Shown here: one piece after another, positions 1 through 9,043 of the stretch | Numbering within the stretch: position 1 is the first letter of the stretch | Layout: the number at the start of each line of letters is the position of its first letter | Source: a virus | Length of the DNA stretch: 38,230 nucleotides | Reading direction: 5' to 3' (one strand) | IMG/VR virus record: IMGVR_UViG_3300020045_004726 | Location: 1-38,230 of that record | Position numbers and translations under genes: made by a program | Notes under the pieces: model-generated | Told to the model about the DNA's origin: nothing | Database searches by the model: none | What the model saw: the letters and a program-made list of their open reading frames with translations, nothing else

Positions 1-121
1 ATGTCGGAAAATGTCGATTTTGCCTGCGCGTATTCCGGTATCTTGCTTTCCAGCCAGTCAGCAAACGCATTCTTTGTTCCGATGGCCGCGCCTCGCTCAG
101 CGCCTTGCATACCTGTGGCGG
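1..121. repeat. Terminal overlap copy A, identical to 38110-38230. The contig closes into a circle of 38109 bp.
   Basis: Base-by-base comparison of both ends gives 121/121 identical. A minus-strand ORF reads through the junction in frame. Confidence 0.95.
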
Positions 122-1271
122 GCGTTCCAATTGCATCGTCAAGGCCGAGCTTCAAATCATGCAGAGTTTGACCGGAATACTGCGCAGGCTTATACGGGGC
201 TTGGCTTGTAATCGGGCTTCCTGTTGCGTCGAGCAGTCCAGAGGGAATAGATTGCGCCTGTCGGGATCTAGGCATCGAGAAATTAGCGCCGCGCTCATTC
301 GCAATATTGACAGCCCGCCCTGTAGCCGCTTGCATTGACGGGCGAGCAAGCAGCGCGTCAATCATTGGGTCGCCGGTTGCTGTCGCCTTTTTTGCTGCAT
401 CATATAGCGGGCTAACTGCCGCATCCCGCAGCGCGACAGCCGCCGCCCGTTCTTCCGGCGTCTTGGCTACTGAGCGGAGTGCATCAACCAGCGCGCCACG
501 CTGTGACCTGTCCAACTCATTGAACGCCTGCGGGTTGATTGCGCGCATCGTTCTTTCAAAGGCTGATATTCCATCGTTTCTAGCTGCCTGAGCAACTGAC
601 GGAACGAATCCGGGCGTTTCTCCCGTAGCCGCTGCAAGCCGTGCCGCAACGCCTGGCGCGTCATCTCCTGCCATACGGTTGATAACAGCCCCCGCCATGC
701 GGTTTCTGCCCGCTTCGGTAAAGGGGTCAACGACCATCGCCTTGACGCCCTTGGCGGTATTGATGCCAGCAGGGATAACCCCGCCCGTCGCTGCGCCTAT
801 TCCAACATTCCCGATGGGGCTTTCTCCAGCCTGCGTCGGTTGTAGTGCTCCTTGAAGCGCGCCAACCAGCGCCCCGCCGCCTACGGTGTTAGCCCCGGGA
901 ATCATCGCCAGAGGTGCCGCCATAGCCGCGCCGCCTGCAATCATGCCCGTCGTTCCGCCCGGACGGCTTCCGATATCAGCCACGTCCTCGCGCCAAGCGT
1001 CCGACCGAGCTTGCGAGCCTTCCAGCCCGAGACGCTGCGCGCCGCCGACGAGGGGCGCGGCAATCATCGCCCGTGCGCCCCTGCCGGCGTTCTCAACCAA
1101 GCCAACCTTGGCTTGGTCCGGAGCGGTCGGAATCTTTCCGTCAGCCACCGGCGCGGAGGCTTGCCCCATGCGGAGGCGTCGAACTTCCCCGGCAAGCATC
1201 TTGGCGGCTTCGGCATCTCCGGCTTGATCCGCTCGAATCAGCGCCTTTTCTACTTGGTCAATGGTTGCCAT
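1..1271 (-). CDS. Internal virion / DNA-ejection protein, N-terminal part. ATG at 1271; the ORF continues over the circular junction into 37530-38109, about 616 aa in total.
   Basis: Hand translation from ATG 1271 (MATIDQVEKALIRADQAGD...) has no stop down to base 1. It joins ...GTPATG|MQGAERGAAIGTK of ORF 37530-38219 (1271 and 110 are both 2 mod 3). It is missing from the ORF track only because it runs off the window. Gly/Ala-rich. Confidence 0.75.
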   Translation of the reverse strand, partial: MATIDQVEKALIRADQAGDAEAAKMLAGEVRRLRMGQASAPVADGKIPTAPDQAKVGLVENAGRGARAMIAAPLVGGAQRLGLEGSQARSDAWREDVADIGSRPGGTTGMIAGGAAMAAPLAMIPGANTVGGGALVGALQGALQPTQAGESPIGNVGIGAATGGVIPAGINTAKGVKAMVVDPFTEAGRNRMAGAVINRMAGDDAPGVAARLAAATGETPGFVPSVAQAARNDGISAFERTMRAINPQAFNELDRSQRGALVDALRSVAKTPEERAAAVALRDAAVSPLYDAAKKATATGDPMIDALLARPSMQAATGRAVNIANERGANFSMPRSRQAQSIPSGLLDATGSPITSQAPYKPAQYSGQTLHDLKLGLDDAIGTPATGMQGAERGAAIGTKNAFADWLESKIPEYAQAKSTFSD

Positions 1272-2558
1272 TTAGCCCCCGTACTTTTTGAGCAGGCTAT
1301 CGATGTGTCCAGCATCTGCTGGCACTTCGTCAATAGTCGAGTCCTGCGCTACCGCCTTCAATGCCGGGTCGTTCTTCCAGCGTTTCAGCACATCCGCGCC
1401 CTTGGCGTGATTGGCGCGTGCGATACGTTCCGAAATATCAGACACCCGGCGCAGATTGGCCGGCGTTGAGTCAATCGTTCCGCTAACTGCCGAGCTAAGG
1501 AATTCGCGGTCTTTGTCGGTGAATCCGTTGCCTGCGCCGAGTCCTGATGTTTTTACCCCGGCCAACGTGAGCTTACCAAGGCTGGACATAAGATCTTGCG
1601 TGTTAGCCGCCTTTCCTGCACCGACCAGCCCCGCCGTCTCCATTACCTTCTGAACAGCCAGCCGCGCCTCTGCGCCCGTTCCGGTGATCGCCCCATTATC
1701 CAAGGCTGACCGGATAGCCTGCGCGTTCCTGATGACTTCCGGGGCTTGTTTGGCGAGCGCGACAAGATCCGTTCCTTCCTTCGCCAGCGTCTCGCCAACG
1801 ACGCCGTTGTACTTGTTCTCCGGGCCGGCGATGCTGACCGTATTGTTGACGTTACTCGCCCCGGCTCGGCTCTTGCCCATCTCGAACGATTGATACCCAG
1901 CATTCGGCGTGCCGTCAGCGTTGAACGGCTTATTGAAATCCTTGACTTCGGCAATCGGCCTGCCGTCTGCTCCGTAGCGGACTTGGCCGGGCGACATGCT
2001 GAAATCTTCCTTTTCCTTTGCAATGCGCTGGCCCATTGGCTGTCCGGTGAATTTATCCACCAATTGCCCGTTGATATTTACCCCCTCCGAGCCTTTGAGT
2101 TGCTGCGCCAGTAGCTGAGCCCCGATGCCCTGCACCATCGGGCTTTGAGAATTTAGAGCGCGCGCCATCGCCTCTTGTTTGTTTCCAGGCTGCGCAGCGG
2201 TCGGCGGTACAAACGGGCCAACGCCATTATCCGCAGGCTGCGGAATGCCAGGATCGCCCGGCGTGCCTTGCAGCGCTTCCATCACACTGTTCATGTCGTC
2301 GACGCCGGATTGGCGCGTGCGGTCTGCGAGGTCGATTTGTTTTTGGTCGTTCTGCTGGTTCATGTACGAACCGCCGAGCGCAGCAGCTAGCCGTGCGAGG
2401 TGCTGTGTGGCAGCAGGCGCGACGTAATGGCCGGACACCATTTGCCCTTGCTGGTCCTGCATGCCCTGTTGTTGCAACATTTCAGCCATTTTCCGGCTAC
2501 GCTCAAGCTGTTGCTGCTCGATCATTGACGGGGCGAATACTGGCGCGATCTGTCCCAT
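1272..2558 (-). CDS. Internal virion / ejection protein (putative), 428 aa
   Basis: ORF track. ATG 2558 lies 2 nt after the upstream stop, and stop 1272 abuts the next ATG (TAAATG). Gln/Gly-rich N-terminus with no catalytic motif seen. Sits in the ejection-protein block. Confidence 0.65.
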   Translation of the reverse strand: MGQIAPVFAPSMIEQQQLERSRKMAEMLQQQGMQDQQGQMVSGHYVAPAATQHLARLAAALGGSYMNQQNDQKQIDLADRTRQSGVDDMNSVMEALQGTPGDPGIPQPADNGVGPFVPPTAAQPGNKQEAMARALNSQSPMVQGIGAQLLAQQLKGSEGVNINGQLVDKFTGQPMGQRIAKEKEDFSMSPGQVRYGADGRPIAEVKDFNKPFNADGTPNAGYQSFEMGKSRAGASNVNNTVSIAGPENKYNGVVGETLAKEGTDLVALAKQAPEVIRNAQAIRSALDNGAITGTGAEARLAVQKVMETAGLVGAGKAANTQDLMSSLGKLTLAGVKTSGLGAGNGFTDKDREFLSSAVSGTIDSTPANLRRVSDISERIARANHAKGADVLKRWKNDPALKAVAQDSTIDEVPADAGHIDSLLKKYGG

Positions 2559-2560
2559 AA

Positions 2561-2872
2561 TTACCCCTGTGCTTGTGTATTGAATGCGTTCAGATAGCGC
2601 TGATAATCTTCCTGCGCGTTGTGCGGTGCTTGTGGGGTGCTAGCTGCTGTCGGCGAACTGTGGCTACTGCTGAAAGACTTGAGCGCGTCGGCTAGTTTCG
2701 TCGGGTCCATGCTGGCCGTGGGAAGTTGCGCCGATCCGTTAAACATATTCGGGTCAAGACTCTGGCCCATCTGCGCGCCGAGCGCACCGCTCAGTGGAGG
2801 CGTATAGCCTGGATCTTGCGACATTTGCGGCATGGCTGCTGCTGATTGTCCGAATAGGCTAGAGAAATCCAT
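2561..2872 (-). CDS. Low-complexity Ser/Pro/Gln-rich virion-module protein, 103 aa, function unknown
   Basis: ORF track. ATG 2872 overlaps the upstream stop by 1 nt (TAATG). Confidence 0.55.
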   Translation of the reverse strand: MDFSSLFGQSAAAMPQMSQDPGYTPPLSGALGAQMGQSLDPNMFNGSAQLPTASMDPTKLADALKSFSSSHSSPTAASTPQAPHNAQEDYQRYLNAFNTQAQG

Positions 2873-3567
2873 TACAGAACCCCATATAAGTGTGCCATGT
2901 CTTTTTCTACCTCGCCCCGTATGATGTTTAGCCGCGCCTCAACTTCTGCGCCAGCTTCTGGATAGTGTTTTTTAAGGTACGGCAGCTTCCACTGGTTCTC
3001 TGCCAGGTATGCAGTGCAGTGCATGCAGTCCATCGATGTTCTGGCTTCCGAGTAGTGGGCGGGGAGTAGCGACGATTCCGAGACGTACGCCATAACCTGC
3101 TCGTCGGACCAATCCTCAATCGGGAACCAGTACGTTACGCCGTCGATTACGTCGCCATTCTTGACCGGGCTTTTGTGATGGTCGCAAGACTTCTGACCCC
3201 TGATGATCGTCGTCGCGCCGAGAGAAAGCGTTGCCCGGTGCATCGGCTCCATCATTGAGCGATAGCAGCAATCGAGAAACCCTTGCAGCTTTGGCCGGTG
3301 CTGTTGAGCCGCTTCTTGTGTGACTACATTATTGCGCACCGGAAGAACATCAGACGGGAAGCCGTAGAGCTTGATGGTTTGCGGCTGACACCCTGGAACC
3401 ACAACGAAATTCTTGCACAGTGATTTGACCGCTTCCATCTGCGCCAGAGTTTCCGGGAACGAGTCGCCAGGATCACACCAAAGAACGGTGATATCGTCCA
3501 ACTGGTCGCGCAGGAACAGCAGGCACGCAAGCGAATCCTTGCCGCCGGAAAACTGAAGGACTTTCAA
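2872..3567 (-). CDS. PP-loop ATP-pyrophosphatase / PAPS-reductase-family enzyme, 231 aa
   Basis: N-terminal FSGGKDSLACL (SGGxDS PP-loop) and a C-terminal Cys pair (DCMHC). The TTG start overlaps the upstream stop (TTGA). Confidence 0.7.
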   Translation of the reverse strand: MKVLQFSGGKDSLACLLFLRDQLDDITVLWCDPGDSFPETLAQMEAVKSLCKNFVVVPGCQPQTIKLYGFPSDVLPVRNNVVTQEAAQQHRPKLQGFLDCCYRSMMEPMHRATLSLGATTIIRGQKSCDHHKSPVKNGDVIDGVTYWFPIEDWSDEQVMAYVSESSLLPAHYSEARTSMDCMHCTAYLAENQWKLPYLKKHYPEAGAEVEARLNIIRGEVEKDMAHLYGVL

Positions 3568-4382
3568 AAAGCCATCGCCGCAGCAGACGCCAGCCCGACG
3601 ACGCCGCTGGTCACATTTCCGCTAGCCGCATTGCTCGCATTCGTAGCCCCAAGCGCCGAGTTGTATTGAGAGTTTGCAGCCCCCAGGAGATCCGCGCCCG
3701 CCGTCGTCGCCTGTTGCGGCACACTGGCAAATGTCGGATTCGTCACTTGCGAACCGGTGCGCAGCGCGTTGATAACGTTGATCGGCTGCATCTGGTTATT
3801 GTTGGCTTGCGTGTAGGCACTCTGATTCGCGGCAAGGCCCGTATTGAAGCCCTGAGTCGTCGCATTGTTCAGAAGGTCGTTGTGCTGCTGGCCAAGTAGC
3901 GTCTTGGCGTTGTTGTACGCCTCCGACCCCTGCATGATGCCCTGATTGGCCAGTTGAGAATCAGACTGTGAGTTTTCCCGGTCGATCTGCGGAGAAAGCC
4001 GCGCCATCATGGCATCTTGGTACGTTTGGCCCGGATTTATTCCCACCGACGGGAGCGTGGACATATCAACACCGGGCTTGCTCAGGATATCGTTTGCGTA
4101 GGTCAGGCCAGAGTTTGCCGTTCCCATCAGTCCGAGATTCAGCTTGTTGTTTGAGTCCTCTAGCGCCTGCTGCTGCGGCGATAGCGCCGTCGTTGCCGTC
4201 CACCCTTGGTCCGGTGTGGCTGCGTTGGCATCGTGCGCATAGGTCAGCGAGCCATAAGGCGTGACCTGATTTACCCGGTTAGCGTCTGCTGCTGCTCGCG
4301 CGGCGTCGAGGTTCCCGGCTGCTGTGGCGTTGGCCGCTGCTACATAGTCCGGCGCTTTTGGTGCGCTACTTTTCCCGCCCAT
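3564..4382 (-). CDS. Virion-associated Ala/Asn/Gln-rich protein (putative ejection protein), 272 aa
   Basis: ORF track. ATG 4382 is preceded by AAGGAG (ggataaggagttaaataATG). Confidence 0.6.
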   Translation of the reverse strand: MGGKSSAPKAPDYVAAANATAAGNLDAARAAADANRVNQVTPYGSLTYAHDANAATPDQGWTATTALSPQQQALEDSNNKLNLGLMGTANSGLTYANDILSKPGVDMSTLPSVGINPGQTYQDAMMARLSPQIDRENSQSDSQLANQGIMQGSEAYNNAKTLLGQQHNDLLNNATTQGFNTGLAANQSAYTQANNNQMQPINVINALRTGSQVTNPTFASVPQQATTAGADLLGAANSQYNSALGATNASNAASGNVTSGVVGLASAAAMAF

Positions 4383-4385
4383 TAT

Positions 4386-4790
4386 TTAACTCCTTATCCA
4401 TCGGCAGTCATCCCGCCGCATTATGAAAATAACGGCGTCACCGTCCGGGAAATAGTCCGCAAGTGTCGTTTCGTATTTGAAGCCTAGCTTCTGGTCGATG
4501 CTCAGCGCGTGGGTATTGGTCGAAGGAACGATCCCGGTTACGCGCTTGACCTGCAATTGGTTGAATGGATAATCGAAAATCATCCGGTAAAACTCTCGTG
4601 TGATCGCTTTCGGATCGTCGCAGCGCGAGTGCATCGCAATAGATGCCCCGGTGTAGGCGTCGTACATGATGCCAGCCACTAATGCGCCGTTCTTTTCCAG
4701 CGCAATCCCGGTATTGCCTGGCAGGTACTGGCCCCCGGTTTTCTCGCACACCCACCGGCCAATTCGTTCCGCGTCGAATACGAAAGTCAT
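4386..4790 (-). CDS. GNAT-family N-acetyltransferase (putative), 134 aa
   Basis: The segment ...VKRVTGIVPSTNTHALSIDQKLGFK... resembles a GNAT acetyl-CoA-binding core. ATGA overlap with the upstream gene. Confidence 0.55.
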   Translation of the reverse strand: MTFVFDAERIGRWVCEKTGGQYLPGNTGIALEKNGALVAGIMYDAYTGASIAMHSRCDDPKAITREFYRMIFDYPFNQLQVKRVTGIVPSTNTHALSIDQKLGFKYETTLADYFPDGDAVIFIMRRDDCRWIRS

Positions 4791-6328
4791 ACCACGCCCC
4801 CGGAATCAACCACATAATCTGTCGCGGCCCAACGAAGGCGGGAGTTTCTGGCTGATCCGGTCATGTGCGCCGACAGGCAATAACCTAATCCGAACGCCGT
4901 CTGCCAGTCCTTTTTGATCTGTAGATCGCCCGTCCATGTGGCGGAGCCGTCCCACGTCGAGGAGTCCCAAACTGCGCTTGTGGTTGCGGTGAATGTCGGC
5001 ACACCCACAGGTCTGGACAGGTCGAAATCCACATTGACGCCGAGCAGAATTGCCGGGGTTCCGTCCGTCGAGATGATCGGGCGTAGCATTTTTACCTGCT
5101 TCAACTGACCCGAACTGCCCATATAGGAAAACGCCTGTTGCGCCTCAAAATCGATATTGACGCCGTTATCCGCTTGCGTGTCCCAGGCTTTATAGACCGC
5201 TCCGGATGAGCCGAAGTAGATCAGGTCGCCGTGTAATTCAAAACAGGCGGCGTTCCAACCAAGGAATTGCGACCATGCCCCGCTGATCGTGTTCATGACT
5301 AGTTGGTTAGCCGTGGCAGCGCTCGTCGGCACGTTCACTAAAATCATATTCTCGGACGGATAAAGCGTCGTCTCCCATCCGAAATTTGCGCCGTAAAGCG
5401 TGGTGTAGTCGCTCATGACGTGCTGGATTTTGTCGCTCAGCATCTCCTGCGAACTAACGCGGGATGACATGAGCGACTTGGACAGGGGGGCAAGACCGTC
5501 CTTGCAGATAATTAGAATGTCGCCCGCGTACTTCATCATGCAGCGGCGACCGATGGGCGATCCGATATCGTAAAGGCCCACCAGAACCCACGCTGTAGCG
5601 CTTGTCGGGTCCGTTCCTTTATAGACGGCTACCTGCCCCTCGGATGAGACGAAAACCGCGTAGTCATCCATTCCGTAGCCCGCATCGAGCGACCAATCAC
5701 CCATTGCTACGATATAGCCGCCGCGATTGAACAATCCAGAGAAGTCGATAGACGCAGCAGCCCCCGCGATAGACAGGACGGGCAGATACCAGACTTTCAG
5801 CGTGTTACGCTCGCAGAACCACAGGCGGCGACCAAATGCGCAGACGTTGACAAGGTTCGCGGGCGTTGTGATGCCGGTAATGGTCGGATTCGTCCATGCT
5901 GACCCATCGTAGAGCAGCGGAGCGTCCGAGCCATTGACCAGCATCAGGAAGTTGCCGCCTGCCGTTCCGAAATTAGTGTGCTGCCACTTGTCCGAAGTCT
6001 TGCCCGTTGCGACTGCTGCGCCTACTGCGCCCGGCGAGGTGATGTTGTAGATATTTGAGCCAGCGCAGGCAAACAGCTTTTGTGAGCCGGTCGGTGGGGA
6101 GTAGGAAGCCAGCGTATTGACCGTGCCAGAAATGCCCGTTGCCCACGCTGAATATCCATTTCTAAGCTGCACATCGTACGGCGTGCAGAAGAAATTGTTC
6201 AGCGTGATCGCGTCCTTGTCTTTCATCTCGGCCAGCGGGTCGCGGGCGTTCCATCCGGCCACCGGAGCCGAGACGGAGAGCGTCTTGGCTGTCTGTGTGC
6301 GGCGTAGCGCCTTCTGCGCCTGTCTCAT
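4787..6328 (-). CDS. Tail hub / nozzle protein (putative), 513 aa
   Basis: The track ORF extends to 6388. I prefer ATG 6328 (MRQAQKALRR...), which forms an ATGA overlap with the stop of 6325-7035. Large beta-rich protein directly after the adaptor-like gene. Confidence 0.55.
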   Translation of the reverse strand: MRQAQKALRRTQTAKTLSVSAPVAGWNARDPLAEMKDKDAITLNNFFCTPYDVQLRNGYSAWATGISGTVNTLASYSPPTGSQKLFACAGSNIYNITSPGAVGAAVATGKTSDKWQHTNFGTAGGNFLMLVNGSDAPLLYDGSAWTNPTITGITTPANLVNVCAFGRRLWFCERNTLKVWYLPVLSIAGAAASIDFSGLFNRGGYIVAMGDWSLDAGYGMDDYAVFVSSEGQVAVYKGTDPTSATAWVLVGLYDIGSPIGRRCMMKYAGDILIICKDGLAPLSKSLMSSRVSSQEMLSDKIQHVMSDYTTLYGANFGWETTLYPSENMILVNVPTSAATANQLVMNTISGAWSQFLGWNAACFELHGDLIYFGSSGAVYKAWDTQADNGVNIDFEAQQAFSYMGSSGQLKQVKMLRPIISTDGTPAILLGVNVDFDLSRPVGVPTFTATTSAVWDSSTWDGSATWTGDLQIKKDWQTAFGLGYCLSAHMTGSARNSRLRWAATDYVVDSGGVV

Positions 6329-7035
6329 AGGTTCCACGAACCAGACGGGACCATGACTACCGGCAGAATGTCGTGCGTCGAGCCACAAGCGTTCAGCACC
6401 GGCTTGCCACCATCCTTGCCCATCTTCGACAAGACGCGGCGCTCATACTTTGCGAAGTCCTCGGCGTAGTCGAACCCCTTCGCGGCTTTCCAGCGCCAAA
6501 TCGCGCCGAGTATGATAATCCGGTCGTCAATCAGCGGTGTGTCGGCGTCGTTCGTCCAAACTTCCGCCGTTCCGCCTGCGCTCTTGCTGATCCAGTTCTT
6601 CGTGATGTACTCGAAAGCGCACGACTGACCGGCAGGCGGCGCAGGGAAGAAATAAACGGCGTTGTTCTTGATGCGGAACGAATTGAACGGGCCATTGATC
6701 TGCATAGCCTTGAGTTGCTGCCAGTCCTGCTGCGACTTCGGGCCATACAGCGGACGGCGCAGCGTGCGATTCCATATCGTGTCATTGACGATATGCTCCA
6801 TCCCCGGAGCAATCACATCGAGTGATCCTTGCAGCTCTGCGGCTACCGTAGTGAACGTCGCCTCGGTCTGCAATCCTGACCACTGATAACGTTCTTCTAG
6901 CTCCTGCCCCTCTTCCTCAGTAATAGAGAGAATCTGGATAATCTGAGCGTCAGACGACGAGACGGCAGCATTGGGCGCAAGTATCCCTATCCGCTTGCAT
7001 ACCGTCTGAACAATTTGTAAGCAGGATAGAGGCAT
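6325..7035 (-). CDS. Head-to-tail adaptor / tail tubular protein A-like (putative), 236 aa
   Basis: ORF track. Lies between the capsid genes and the hub gene. Assignment is by gene order only. Confidence 0.5.
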   Translation of the reverse strand: MPLSCLQIVQTVCKRIGILAPNAAVSSSDAQIIQILSITEEEGQELEERYQWSGLQTEATFTTVAAELQGSLDVIAPGMEHIVNDTIWNRTLRRPLYGPKSQQDWQQLKAMQINGPFNSFRIKNNAVYFFPAPPAGQSCAFEYITKNWISKSAGGTAEVWTNDADTPLIDDRIIILGAIWRWKAAKGFDYAEDFAKYERRVLSKMGKDGGKPVLNACGSTHDILPVVMVPSGSWNL

Positions 7036-7044
7036 GAATTTCCT

Positions 7045-7641
7045 TTAGGCGGCGAGTTCGATCTTGGCGGGGCGTCCGCGCTTCGGCTTATCGGCTTCGA
7101 GTTCAGCCAGGCGTGCGGTAAGGTCGGCCAGTTGCGACTTGAGCGCCTCGTTTTCCTGCAGTGCGCTCTTGGTCAGGTCGCGCTTTTCCAGCCATTCGCG
7201 AGCCTTCTCGCGCAACTCACGCGACCCCATGCCGACGCGGCTCAATGCTTCCTCGGTCAGCGCGGCAACGTCCTCAACGGTGATAATTCGTGCTGCGACG
7301 AGGTTCTGGACCTGTGCCGGCGAGAGGTGCGGCCATTCGCGGACGTGCGTACCATTAACCGGCGCTTCCTGGCCGGCTTTGAAGAGTTCGCACTTCTTGA
7401 AGAACTGATCGACCCATTCCTGCGGGTACGCATCATGCGCATCGTCAAGCACCTTGGCGCGAATCTGGGCCAGCCATGCCTCTGCGTCGATTTCGAACAC
7501 GTCACGCGAGCCAGGCTGCATGATGTAGGCGCGGATAACGTCGCGGGTTACGCGGTAGCCGAGTTCGTTTGAGCGTTTCGGGTCGTGAATGGCGATCTGC
7601 TTGAATTCAACGAACGGCGGGCGGGCTTGGGCAATGTGCAT
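7045..7641 (-). CDS. Structural-module protein with a helix-hairpin-helix-like segment, a coiled coil and a C-terminal AT-hook, 198 aa
   Basis: ATG 7641 is preceded by ACAGGAG. The longer track start at 7695 would lie inside terminator 7692-7718. C-terminus reads ...LAELEADKPKRGRPAKIELAA. Confidence 0.6.
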   Translation of the reverse strand: MHIAQARPPFVEFKQIAIHDPKRSNELGYRVTRDVIRAYIMQPGSRDVFEIDAEAWLAQIRAKVLDDAHDAYPQEWVDQFFKKCELFKAGQEAPVNGTHVREWPHLSPAQVQNLVAARIITVEDVAALTEEALSRVGMGSRELREKAREWLEKRDLTKSALQENEALKSQLADLTARLAELEADKPKRGRPAKIELAA

Positions 7642-7691
7642 TGTGCGGCTCCTGTATAGGGTCTTTGTTGAGCGCACCCGTATGGATACCC

Positions 7692-7718
7692 TCAAGAAAA
7701 ACCGCCCCGAAGGGCGGC
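7692..7718 (-). terminator. Intrinsic terminator after the decoration-like gene
   Basis: Minus strand reads CCGCCC-TTCG-GGGCGG followed by TTTTTCTT. Confidence 0.7.
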
Positions 7719-7725
7719 AGGCTCG

Positions 7726-8001
7726 TTAGATGAGCGCTTTGGCGAACCACGCCTTGTCGCCAGAAGCGAGCGCGGTAGCCGGCGAGAGATACGCGCCACC
7801 CGTTGCGGTAGCGGCGAAGGTGGTTGCATTGACCGTGCAGACTGCGGTCGATGCGGCGATGGTTGCGCCTGCCGTGGCATAGACGTAAATCTTGCCGTCC
7901 GATCCGATGCCCGCCATGCCGGGGGCGAACTGCGCGACGGCAGCAGCAGGCACCACGGCGGTGAGGTCGGCGCCGATGATGTGCGATACGATAAAAGCCA
8001 T
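7726..8001 (-). CDS. Small Ala/Gly/Thr-rich capsid accessory (decoration-like) protein, 91 aa
   Basis: ATG 8001 is preceded by AAGGAG. The gene lies directly after the capsid gene and is flanked by terminators. Confidence 0.5.
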   Translation of the reverse strand: MAFIVSHIIGADLTAVVPAAAVAQFAPGMAGIGSDGKIYVYATAGATIAASTAVCTVNATTFAATATGGAYLSPATALASGDKAWFAKALI

Positions 8002-8012
8002 TTATTGCTCCT

Positions 8013-8039
8013 TGAAAAGAAAAACCCGCCGAAGCGGGC
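8013..8039 (-). terminator. Intrinsic terminator after the major capsid gene
   Basis: Minus strand reads CCCGC-TTCG-GCGGG followed by TTTTTCTTTTC. Confidence 0.7.
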
Positions 8040-8046
8040 TTGGTGG

Positions 8047-9024
8047 TTAGGCTTTACCGACGCCTTGACGGGCGCGATTCGAGCAAACCAGATTCCCTTG
8101 GAAGAGGATCGGGATAACCAGCGCGTCCTGATTGACCGAACGAAGCTCGGGCATGATTTCCATGTTCGCGTCACGGTGCGCGACCAACTCGATAAAGTCG
8201 GTGTTCAGGAAATACATGTGGCTGGCCGGGATGCCGGAAGCGGTCGAGTCGAAGAACACGTCGGCATTCTTGTACTTCATGCTGACCATGCCGCCCTTGC
8301 CTTCGTCGCTCGGCGCGTAACGCTTGAGCGAAGTCTGCGAGCCTTCGTACGCGGCGAAATACACCGGGTCCATGACGATCAGGTCCGGCGTGTCGTTGCC
8401 ACGTGTGCAGGACAGCCACAACGGCAGCATCATGCCGGCTTCGATGGTCGCCGCCGTGACGGTCACGGAATTGTCCGACGCGTCACGAACCGAGTTCTGC
8501 CAGAACGCATATGTCGACGAATCGATACCGCCGACCGTACCCGTGCCAGCATCAGCAACGAGAAGCTGAATGCCGCCCATCTGATTGGAGGCGGAGCCGT
8601 TCGAGTACAGATCGCCCGACAGGCCGTTAGCCATGCTGCGCTGGGCGTTCTTAATCTTCGCTTTCACGAAGTTGATGATGCGATTGCCGCCCGAGTTAGT
8701 GCGGATTTCGAGGCCGGACGCGGCGACATTGACGGCCACCTGACGCCAAGCGAATTCGGCGCTGGTAATCACGTCGGACGCCGAGACGTTCAGCACGTCG
8801 AAGCCAGAGTAACGCTGGTAGGTCGAGTTCTGCGCGTAGTCAAGCGGCTGGACAATGGACAACCCGCCGTCTTCCAGGCGAATCTTGCCCTTTTCGGTGA
8901 GGCGCTTGAAGAGCGCGTTGTGGTTGGAAACGTTGTCCGCAATTTCCTTGGAGTGATTGCGGTAAGTGGTGCTCACCAGTTCGGTGAACGTGGTAAACAG
9001 CGAAGACTGTCCGGGGCTAGGCAT
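8047..9024 (-). CDS. Major capsid protein (putative), 325 aa
   Basis: Lies immediately downstream of the scaffold-like gene. RBS AAGGA, own terminator, and a size typical of a capsid protein. Confidence 0.75.
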   Translation of the reverse strand: MPSPGQSSLFTTFTELVSTTYRNHSKEIADNVSNHNALFKRLTEKGKIRLEDGGLSIVQPLDYAQNSTYQRYSGFDVLNVSASDVITSAEFAWRQVAVNVAASGLEIRTNSGGNRIINFVKAKIKNAQRSMANGLSGDLYSNGSASNQMGGIQLLVADAGTGTVGGIDSSTYAFWQNSVRDASDNSVTVTAATIEAGMMLPLWLSCTRGNDTPDLIVMDPVYFAAYEGSQTSLKRYAPSDEGKGGMVSMKYKNADVFFDSTASGIPASHMYFLNTDFIELVAHRDANMEIMPELRSVNQDALVIPILFQGNLVCSNRARQGVGKA

Positions 9025-9043
9025 TTGTTATCCTTTGAGATTG

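Noticed and set aside
1-121. The 121-bp terminal repeat as a biological direct terminal repeat or a cos-type end.
   Set aside because: It lies inside an open reading frame that continues seamlessly across the junction. An assembly overlap of a circular or permuted genome is the simpler reading, but this is not excluded without read data.
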